Origin: Clostridia bacterium
GTDB lineage: Bacteria; Bacillota; Clostridia; UMGS1883; UMGS1540
Direction of reading: 5' to 3'
Assembly: GCA_017620205.1 (NCBI GenBank)
Contig: JAFZQX010000037.1
Span: 31,681-95,680 of the forward strand
Length of the DNA stretch: 64,000 nt
In this document: piece by piece, positions 56,365 to 64,000 of the stretch
How the letters are laid out: the number at the start of each line of letters is the position of its first letter
Position numbering within the stretch: the first letter of the stretch is position 1
Notes under the pieces: generated by a model
Told to the model about the DNA's origin: nothing
Databases searched by the model: none
What the model saw: the letters and a program-made list of their open reading frames with translations, nothing else
Program-made: the position numbers and the translations under genes

Positions 56365-58392
56365 TCAATTTTTTTTGTTTGCAAACATAAGCGCAATTCT
56401 GCGGCGGAGATCTGCGTGTTCCGGAAGCTTTAGATCTCTGTCCTTTTTAAGCACTTCCGACGCGGCACATCCCGCTTCTTTTAAAAGCGCGCCGTCCGTG
56501 AATATGTTTGCAATTTTAAGCTCCGGTAAGCCGTGCTGTCTAGTGCCGAAAAAGTCACCCGGTCCGCGAAGCTTTAAATCTTCTTCCGATATTTTAAATC
56601 CGTCGTTTGTCTCCGTCATGATTTTAAGACGCTTTTTCGTTATATCGGAATCGTTGTCGGAAATCATAATACAGTATGATTTTTCCGCGCCGCGCCCGAC
56701 TCTGCCGCGAAGCTGATGAAGCTGTGAAAGGCCGAAACGTTCCGCGTTTTCTATTATCATAATGTTAGCCTCGGGCACGTTTACGCCTACTTCGATAACC
56801 GTAGTCGCAACAAGCACCTGTATTTCGCCGCTGTAGAAGCCTTCCATAATCTTGTCTTTTTCCGAAGATTTCATTTTACCGTGAACGCAGGCCACATTAT
56901 AGTCTTTAAAATATTCCGTTTTTATTTTTTCCGTGTATTCCGTAACGTTTTGTAAGCCCGCAAGCTCACCTTCCTCAACGAGAGGGCAGACGATATACGC
57001 GCGGTTTCCTTTTTCAAGTTCTTTTTTTACAAAATTTAATGCCCTGCCGCGTTTGCCGCTGTCAATAAAATAGGTGTCAACCTTCTGTCTGCCGGGCGGC
57101 AGTTCGTCTATAATACTTACGTCAAGATCGCCGTACAAAACCTGCGACAGCGTGCGGGGAATGGGCGTTGCGCTCATAACTAAAGTGTGCGGCGTTTTGC
57201 CTTTTTCAGAGAGCGCGCTGCGCTGTTTAACGCCGAAGCGGTGCTGCTCGTCCGTTATTACAAGAGCGAGATTTTTAAATACGGTAGTGTCTTCAAAAAG
57301 CGCGTGCGTACCTATCGCGATCTGCGCCGTGCCGTCCGCGATTTGCGCTTTTACGGCTTTTTTCTGCGCGGCGGTGAGTGAACCCGAGAGCAAAACAATG
57401 TTTATACCGGGAAACATCTTTTGAAGCGACTCATAGTGCTGTGCGGCAAGTATTTCCGTAGGCGCCATAAACGCGCCCTGAAATCCGCTTTTTGCGGCGG
57501 CGTAAAGCGCGGCGCACGCCACAACCGTTTTGCCGCAGCCTACGTCGCCCTGAACGAGTCTGTTCATGGGCGTTGTTTTATTAATATCCGAGAATATCTC
57601 TTCCATAGCCTTTTGCTGTGCGTTTGTAGGTTTAAACGGAAGAAGCTTTAGAAAGTCCGCAAGCGGAGTGGTGAGTATCTGCGCAGTGCCGCTTTTCTTT
57701 CTGCTCCTTCGCGCGAGCGCAAGCCCCGTGCGAAGCTCAAAGAATTCTTCAAAAACAAAGCGTCTGCGCGATAGGGCAAAGCTTTCGTTATCCTTCGGAA
57801 AATGAATGTTCTGCATTGAAAAATCAATTGCGGCGAGGTTATATTTTTTTCTTATATAAGGCGGTATTGTTTCGGGAACACATCCCTTTGACGCAACTAT
57901 GCATTTTTCCATAGTCTGCATAAAAACGTTTTGCGTAAGCCCCGCCGTAAGATTATATATAGGAATAATTCTGCCGGTTTGTCTTGCCGATTCAGAGTTT
58001 TCAAATATCGGCGCAGTAACTTCTTTTTTTCTGTATTTCGCCGAGATTTTGCCGTAAAAATTATAGCGTACGCCTTTTTTGAAAGCGTTTTTGACATAGG
58101 GGTTATTAAACCAAACGGCGTCAATTGTGCCCGTTTCATCCGTAAATGTCTGTCTGTATACCGTCATGCCTTTGCGCACATAGTTTACGCTCATTTCGCC
58201 ATACGGTACTGCGGAGAATGCGGCGGTTTCGCCGTCAATCAGTTCAAATACGGTTTTCATTTCCGAACGGTCTTCAAAACGGCGCGGGAAATGATAAAGC
58301 ATATCGGAAACCGTGAAAATATTAAGTTTTTCGAACGCTTTGGCGCGCGCTGCGCCTACGCCTTTTATCTCCGTAATACTTTCAAAAAACAT
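56365..58392 (-). CDS. recG: ATP-dependent DNA helicase RecG
   Basis: It has a wedge domain, Walker A GDVGCGKT, the motif DEQHRFG and QLRGRVGRG. Confidence 0.92.
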   Translation of the reverse strand: MFFESITEIKGVGAARAKAFEKLNIFTVSDMLYHFPRRFEDRSEMKTVFELIDGETAAFSAVPYGEMSVNYVRKGMTVYRQTFTDETGTIDAVWFNNPYVKNAFKKGVRYNFYGKISAKYRKKEVTAPIFENSESARQTGRIIPIYNLTAGLTQNVFMQTMEKCIVASKGCVPETIPPYIRKKYNLAAIDFSMQNIHFPKDNESFALSRRRFVFEEFFELRTGLALARRSRKKSGTAQILTTPLADFLKLLPFKPTNAQQKAMEEIFSDINKTTPMNRLVQGDVGCGKTVVACAALYAAAKSGFQGAFMAPTEILAAQHYESLQKMFPGINIVLLSGSLTAAQKKAVKAQIADGTAQIAIGTHALFEDTTVFKNLALVITDEQHRFGVKQRSALSEKGKTPHTLVMSATPIPRTLSQVLYGDLDVSIIDELPPGRQKVDTYFIDSGKRGRALNFVKKELEKGNRAYIVCPLVEEGELAGLQNVTEYTEKIKTEYFKDYNVACVHGKMKSSEKDKIMEGFYSGEIQVLVATTVIEVGVNVPEANIMIIENAERFGLSQLHQLRGRVGRGAEKSYCIMISDNDSDITKKRLKIMTETNDGFKISEEDLKLRGPGDFFGTRQHGLPELKIANIFTDGALLKEAGCAASEVLKKDRDLKLPEHADLRRRIALMFANKKN

Positions 58393-58513
58393 ATAGACTG
58401 TCCTTTTTTTGAATTTTAATATATTTTATCATGATTTTTTTTGCCCGTCAAGCGGCGAATAATATAGGAAAAAACGGTTAAAATATACAGAAAAAACATA
58501 AGGAGGCATGAAA

Positions 58514-61500
58514 ATGCCGAAAAACAGCTTTAAGATTATTTCTGCAAAATATACGGAGCTCTGCAAAAACTCAAACCGCGCCGCGGCGTTTTCTGAAGCG
58601 GAAAACTGGCTTTTGGATAATTTTTATATTATAGAAAGAAGCGCTAAAGAGACAAGAAAAACTTTTTCTGATATAAAGAGGGGAACGGTGCGCAAAAACT
58701 TGCTTATGTCTTTTGCCGATGAATATTTAAACGCATCGGGCGACTCCGTAAATGAAAGCGGCGTTTGCGCGTACCTTAAAGAAGTTCAGAAAGAAACGCC
58801 GCTTTGCCTTGACGAGCTTTGTCTGTTTCCGGCGTTTTTAAAATCTGCCGTAATACAAAGGATTGCAAAGCTTTGCAAAGGTGAAATGAGCGAAAAAGGT
58901 AAAATGGGAAAACTCATAAAATCTCTTACGGCGTCAAATGAAATTGATCTTACGGAAAAGTTTGAAGAGCTTTGCGCCGCAGATAATGTGTTTGCGAAAA
59001 AAACGGATGACTATATAAGTCTTTGCAACGATACGAAAGAGCTGATGAGAAAAGCCGTTGCGGAAATTTCCCGTAAAAGCGGAAAAAGCGAAACGGAGAT
59101 TGCGGTAACTGCCGTAAATCTTGCTTCAAAAGGGGAAAACGACAGGGAAAAACACGTTGGGTATTATCTTCTCGGCGGCGGCAGAGAAGTGCTTCAATCG
59201 ACGGCAGGACTTAGGGCAAAACGTAATTTGGCTCCCGTGTTATACCCTTCGTGTATAACGGCGGTAACCCTGATTATTACTATGTTTATTCTTGCCGCAA
59301 CAAAATCCGCGGCTGCTGCTCTTATGTCTGTGCTGCCCGCAATCGAAATCGCAAACGAGCTGTCAAACTTTGTGTTTTCAAGGATTATAAAGCCCAAACG
59401 TCTGCCGCGTTTAAAATTTGAAAATATCATTCCCGAAGAGGGAAAAACAATGATAGTTTATCCCGTTTTGCTGTCATCTGCGGAGTCTGTCCGTGATGTT
59501 TGCGATAAGCTTGAGGTCTGCCGCAACGCAAACAGAGAAAAAAACATTTATTTTGCGCTTTTGGGTGATTTAAAAGACACGGATGCGGAATTTCATAAAG
59601 ACGATGAAAAAATAATAGGTGAAGCGCGCGAAAGGATACAGCGATTAAACGAAAAATACGGAGATGTATTTTATCTTTTTATTCGCGGCAGAGAGTACTG
59701 TAAAGCGCAGGGAATGTGGATGGGAAAAGAGAGAAAACGCGGCGCGCTGACGGATCTCTGCTGCTTTTTAAGAGATAAAAAAGACGGCTTTCCGGTGCTT
59801 TTGGGAGACACTGAAAAGCTATGCGGCATGAAATACATTTTAACGCTTGACAGCGATACCGTTTTACCGATAGGCGGTGCGGAAAAGCTTATCGGCGCCG
59901 CAATGCATCCGTTAAACCGTCCCGTTTTGGATGAAAAGAAAAACATTGTAACCGAAGGCTACGGAATAATAAAGCCTAAAATAAGCATCGATATAGAAAG
60001 CGCAACAAAAACTGTGTTTTCTAAAATTTATGCAGGTGCGGGCGGTGTTGATTCATACAGCTCGGCGCAATCCGATATATATATGGATGTATTCGGTGAG
60101 GCTATTTTTACCGGCAAAGGCATTTTTGATATAGACGCGTTTTTAATGTGCACAAAAAAAGCCATTCCCGACAATACCGTTTTAAGTCACGATCTGCTGG
60201 AAGGCTCGTATCTTCGCTGTGCGTTTTGCTTTGACGCGGAAGTATATGACAGCTTCCCGTCTGCTTTCCAAAGCTTTGCCAAAAGGCAGCACAGGTGGCT
60301 CAGGGGCGACTGGCAGCTTTTGCCCTGGCTTTCGAAAAATGTTTATTTATCAAACGGCACTGAAATTAAAAACCCTTTGTCAAAGCTTTCAAGATGGAAA
60401 ATCTTTGATAATTTAAGGCGCAGTATTATGCCGGCAGTGCTTTTTATTCTGCTTGCGTTTCCGTATTTGTTTGGGAAAGATAATATACAGGCAGTATCGT
60501 TTGCCGCCGCTGCCGCGCTTGTGTTTCCGCTTTTTCTTTACTGTGTTTCAAGCCTTTTTTCGGGCGGATTCAAATTCACGGGAGAAAAAAGATACGCCGA
60601 TATTTTCACGGGCCTTCGCGCCGTTTTTTACCAAACCGTTTTAAACGTTTCTTTTCTGGCATATAACGCTTATCTTTCGGCGGATGCCGTAATACGAACG
60701 CTCGCGAGAATACTCTTTACTAAGAAGAATACGCTTCAGTGGATAACGGCGGCAGATGCCGAAAGAGGTAAAGCAAAAACGGCATTTGATTATTATATAT
60801 TTATGATGCCGGGCGTATTACTCGGTGCGGCGGCGTTTTTAAGCTCGCTTTTTATTCAGACGGAATATTTGGGTCCTGCGCTGATTTTGTGTATTTTGTG
60901 GGCGGCATCACCCATGGCGGCATGCTTTATAAGCGCGGAAGACAATAAAGAAAGCACGGTCATGTCTCAAAGAAGCCGTAAATTTCTTATGGAAACAGCG
61001 GAGAAAACATGGAACTTTTTTAAAGATTACGTATCGGAACAGGAAAACTTTTTGCCGCCCGATAATCTGCAGCTGCGCCCCTTTAAAGGAGCCGCGCACA
61101 GAACGAGTCCTACAAATATAGGTCTTTATATGCTTTCCGTTTTGGGAGCGTGCGATCTGGGATTTATCGATACGGACGAAATGGAGAAAAGACTGTCCGA
61201 GACAATAGAAACTATAGAAAAACTCGAAAAATGGCGCGGGCACCTTCTTAATTGGTACGATACAAGGTCGCTTTCGCCGCTTTATCCGCGTTATGTTTCA
61301 ACCGTTGACAGCGGTAATTTCGTATGCTGTCTTATGGCGGTATGTGCGGGCGTCTCCGAATACGGCGGTGCGCGAAGCGAAAGCATTACCATACGCTTGA
61401 AAAAAATAATAAATGAAGCCACATTTACTCCTCTTTTTGATAAAAACAAAAAGCTTTTTTATATAGGCTATAACATAGAAGAAGGCGGCTTTTCGCCATC

Positions 61501-64000
61501 TTATTACGATATGCTTGAAAGCGAAGCGCGTCAAACGGTTTTTTTAAGCGTCGCGAGGGGAGAGGTGAAGCCTTCCGCCTGGTTCAGACTCGGAAGAACG
61601 CTGAGCACTTCGGACGGATATAAAGGTCTTGTGTCGTGGACGGGTACTATGTTTGAATATTTCATGCCTACGCTGCTTATAAGGACATATAAAAACACTC
61701 TGCTTGACGAGAGCTTAAAATTTGCGCTCCGCTGTCAGAAAAAGTACGGAAAAAAACGCCGTATCCCATGGGGCGTTTCGGAGTCGGGCTTTTTCTCGTT
61801 TGACTCTTCAATGAACTATCAATATAAAGCGTTCGGCGTTCCAAAACTCGGACTAAAACGGGGTCTTGCGGAAGACAGTGTTATAGCGCCATACGCTTCG
61901 CTCCTTGCGTTGAGACATGACACACGCGCGGCTCTTTTTAATCTTTGGAGAATAAAGCGCATGGGAGCGTACGGCGAATACGGATTTTTTGAGGCGGCTG
62001 ATTTTACGCCGGGCAGAGTGCCGAAGGGCGAAAAATACGCTGTTGTCAGAAGCTATATGGCGCATCATCAGGGAATGGCTATGGCGTCGCTTGTAAACAC
62101 GCTTTGCGGAGACATTATGCAAAAGAGGTTTGAAAAGTGGCCCGAGGTGCGTGCCGCACTGCCTCTTTTGCAGGAAAAAGTTCCGGTCGGCGTATCGGTT
62201 AAAAACAAACAGCATGAAAAAATATATCATGTAAAAGCTCAAAAATATGAAGCGGAGAGATGTGTCAGAGAATTTGAGGGAGAATACTGTCTGCCGCCCA
62301 TGCACGCGCTTTCAAACGGTGTATACTCCGTGCTTATAGACAACAGAGGCTGCGGCGTAAGCTCATACGGAAATGTTAATTTGGGCAGAAAAAGACCGTC
62401 CCCCGATGAAAACGGAAGGGGTATAATGATTCTCGTTAAAACGGAGGACGGAAACGTTATAAGCGCATATGGCGGCAAATGCGTTTTTTCGCCGCATAAG
62501 GCGGAATTTCATACGGATTCGGAGGGTTTAAAGAGCAACCTCTCAATCTGCGTGCTGCCTGAAGAGAGCGCGGAAGAGCGCAGGATAACGCTTGTTAATA
62601 AAAGCGGAAAAAAACAAAAAGCAGATCTGCTTGTTTTTACGGATATTTCGCTTACTACGCACGAGGCGGAAATATCTCACAGCGCTTTTGCGGGAATGTT
62701 TGTAGAAACGTTTTTTGATAACGGATGCCTTTTTGCCAAAAGACGTCCGCAAAACGGAAAAGACCTGTCTTTTACAGGGTTTATGGCAGCCTCGGCTGAT
62801 GGTGACGGCTTTGGCGGGATTCAATATGAAACGGACAGAGCCGCGCTTTTAAAGCACGGAGACGTTTTAAAGTCGCTTAAAGAAAACTTTCCCTCCGTAC
62901 TGCAGGGGACTTTGGGAAATGTTTTGGATCCTTGCTTTGCCATGAAGATGCACTTTGAAATTGAAAACGGTGAGTGTGCGTCTGCAGATTTTCTGATAGG
63001 TCTTTCGGAGAATATGACGGCCGCGAAAAAAGCGGCGCGTAAATTTAAAGAAAACAAAGGTACGTATTTTGAGGAAGCTTATAAGAGCGAAGAAATGCGC
63101 CCCATAAAGCTTCTGCCGGGTGAAGAGCGCGTCTGTCTTGACGCGCTGCCGTATCTTTACTATAAAGGAGAGGCGCTTTTGGAAAAACAAAAGTGCATGA
63201 GAGAAAATATTCTGCCGTTAAGAGAGGTTTGGAAATACGGCATATCCGGAAATAATCCCATTGTAACCGTCGAACTTTTTGAAGAGTGTGACTTAAAGCT
63301 TTTGGAGCAGGTATTAAGGGCGCATGAGTTTTGGCGATACAAAGGAATAAAAACAGACGTAGTAGTGCTAAACAGCGAAATGACAGATTATAATTCTCCC
63401 GTGGCGGATAAGGCGCGTGAGCTCATAAGCGGCAGAGAGGGTATATATTTACTGGCGGGCGGTGAAACGGACGAAAACGACAGAAATCTGATTATAGCCG
63501 TTTCATCACTTTATTTCAGCGGCAAAACCGCTTTTGAAAAATCCTTGCCTGTATTAAAAAAGAAAAATGCGGAAGAAATAAAACCGTCCGCGAGGAAAGA
63601 CACAGAACATGAAAGCAGGCTGTGTTTTAAAAACTCATACGGCGGATTTTCAGAGGACGGCGCCGAGTATATAATAAACCAAAGGAAAAACGGTGATACA
63701 CCCGCGCCGTGGTGCAACGTCATAGCAAACGGAAATTTCGGTACGCTTTTGTCGGAGTGCGGCGGCGGTTTTACGTGGTATAAAAACAGCCGCGAAATGC
63801 GCCTTACCGATTGGCAAAACGATGCCGCAACAGATATTTTGCAGGAAAAGCTGATTGTTGAAGACGAAAGCGGCGAGTGGTCGCCCGCGGCGGGCGCGGC
63901 GGGCGGTGACGGCGGGTTTATTACCGTGCACGGAATTGGGAATACGGAGTATAAACGTTTCGGCGACACCGATTGCGAAATGAAGGTTTTTGTGCCGCCC
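58514..64000 (+). CDS. Cyclic beta-1,2-glucan synthase-like protein (membrane GT domain + GH94 phosphorylase-like domain), 3'-truncated by the window edge
   Basis: My manual translation found 1829 uninterrupted codons from ATG 58514 (7 nt after AAGGAGG) to base 64000. The ORF is not in the supplied track because it has no stop in the window. Motifs: AENWLLDNFYII, TM helices, GT motifs LDSDT and QHRWLRGDWQ, and the GH94-like PWCNVIANGNFGTLLSECGGGFTWYKNSRE.RLTDW. Confidence 0.85.
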   Translation, partial: MPKNSFKIISAKYTELCKNSNRAAAFSEAENWLLDNFYIIERSAKETRKTFSDIKRGTVRKNLLMSFADEYLNASGDSVNESGVCAYLKEVQKETPLCLDELCLFPAFLKSAVIQRIAKLCKGEMSEKGKMGKLIKSLTASNEIDLTEKFEELCAADNVFAKKTDDYISLCNDTKELMRKAVAEISRKSGKSETEIAVTAVNLASKGENDREKHVGYYLLGGGREVLQSTAGLRAKRNLAPVLYPSCITAVTLIITMFILAATKSAAAALMSVLPAIEIANELSNFVFSRIIKPKRLPRLKFENIIPEEGKTMIVYPVLLSSAESVRDVCDKLEVCRNANREKNIYFALLGDLKDTDAEFHKDDEKIIGEARERIQRLNEKYGDVFYLFIRGREYCKAQGMWMGKERKRGALTDLCCFLRDKKDGFPVLLGDTEKLCGMKYILTLDSDTVLPIGGAEKLIGAAMHPLNRPVLDEKKNIVTEGYGIIKPKISIDIESATKTVFSKIYAGAGGVDSYSSAQSDIYMDVFGEAIFTGKGIFDIDAFLMCTKKAIPDNTVLSHDLLEGSYLRCAFCFDAEVYDSFPSAFQSFAKRQHRWLRGDWQLLPWLSKNVYLSNGTEIKNPLSKLSRWKIFDNLRRSIMPAVLFILLAFPYLFGKDNIQAVSFAAAAALVFPLFLYCVSSLFSGGFKFTGEKRYADIFTGLRAVFYQTVLNVSFLAYNAYLSADAVIRTLARILFTKKNTLQWITAADAERGKAKTAFDYYIFMMPGVLLGAAAFLSSLFIQTEYLGPALILCILWAASPMAACFISAEDNKESTVMSQRSRKFLMETAEKTWNFFKDYVSEQENFLPPDNLQLRPFKGAAHRTSPTNIGLYMLSVLGACDLGFIDTDEMEKRLSETIETIEKLEKWRGHLLNWYDTRSLSPLYPRYVSTVDSGNFVCCLMAVCAGVSEYGGARSESITIRLKKIINEATFTPLFDKNKKLFYIGYNIEEGGFSPSYYDMLESEARQTVFLSVARGEVKPSAWFRLGRTLSTSDGYKGLVSWTGTMFEYFMPTLLIRTYKNTLLDESLKFALRCQKKYGKKRRIPWGVSESGFFSFDSSMNYQYKAFGVPKLGLKRGLAEDSVIAPYASLLALRHDTRAALFNLWRIKRMGAYGEYGFFEAADFTPGRVPKGEKYAVVRSYMAHHQGMAMASLVNTLCGDIMQKRFEKWPEVRAALPLLQEKVPVGVSVKNKQHEKIYHVKAQKYEAERCVREFEGEYCLPPMHALSNGVYSVLIDNRGCGVSSYGNVNLGRKRPSPDENGRGIMILVKTEDGNVISAYGGKCVFSPHKAEFHTDSEGLKSNLSICVLPEESAEERRITLVNKSGKKQKADLLVFTDISLTTHEAEISHSAFAGMFVETFFDNGCLFAKRRPQNGKDLSFTGFMAASADGDGFGGIQYETDRAALLKHGDVLKSLKENFPSVLQGTLGNVLDPCFAMKMHFEIENGECASADFLIGLSENMTAAKKAARKFKENKGTYFEEAYKSEEMRPIKLLPGEERVCLDALPYLYYKGEALLEKQKCMRENILPLREVWKYGISGNNPIVTVELFEECDLKLLEQVLRAHEFWRYKGIKTDVVVLNSEMTDYNSPVADKARELISGREGIYLLAGGETDENDRNLIIAVSSLYFSGKTAFEKSLPVLKKKNAEEIKPSARKDTEHESRLCFKNSYGGFSEDGAEYIINQRKNGDTPAPWCNVIANGNFGTLLSECGGGFTWYKNSREMRLTDWQNDAATDILQEKLIVEDESGEWSPAAGAAGGDGGFITVHGIGNTEYKRFGDTDCEMKVFVPP

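Noticed and set aside
59194-63969. Minus-strand ORFs listed between 59194 and 63969 (up to 152 aa)
   Set aside because: All of them lie antisense to the uninterrupted 1829-codon glucan-synthase-like frame, and they have low-complexity, motif-free sequences.
1-64000. tRNA, rRNA, tmRNA, transposase, integrase, phage or toxin-antitoxin genes
   Set aside because: The intergenic regions are short and are accounted for by promoters and terminators. No ORF shows DDE, tyrosine/serine recombinase or phage structural motifs.

Overview
This 64-kb chromosomal window comes from a spore-forming, SLH-bearing Firmicute, probably a Clostridia/Oscillospiraceae-like organism. That guess rests on spoIVA, spoIIGA-sigE, bofA, many SLH proteins and about 45% GC. 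Most of the window is housekeeping: addAB, mgtE, cdaA-cdaR, ogg, trmB, rsmA, dapB-dapA-asd, cimA-leuCDB-rnhA, ftsY, smc, plsX-acpP-rnc and recG. I found no tRNA, rRNA, CRISPR array, transposase or prophage genes. The most interesting block is 2124-12377 on the minus strand. It reads promoter, cobalamin riboswitch, terminator, then a five-gene operon. The operon encodes S-layer-anchored proteins built from alpha/alpha-toroid and DUF4430 (transcobalamin-like) modules, followed by EcfT and a fused EcfA-EcfA'-S protein. I interpret it as a candidate Gram-positive surface corrinoid capture and import system. Other points of note: (1) a 244-bp palindrome-rich element inserted in the mgtE bidirectional terminator, with the hairpin duplicated on both sides; (2) a terminator/antiterminator leader upstream of mgtE that I could not match to the M-box; (3) a triplicated 26-28 bp repeat between the deacetylase gene and ftsY; (4) two large orphan secreted proteins with internal tandem duplications; (5) an open-ended ORF of at least 1829 codons at 58514-64000, cyclic beta-1,2-glucan synthase-like, which is missing from the supplied ORF track. 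All family assignments come from motif recognition by eye. No searches were run.
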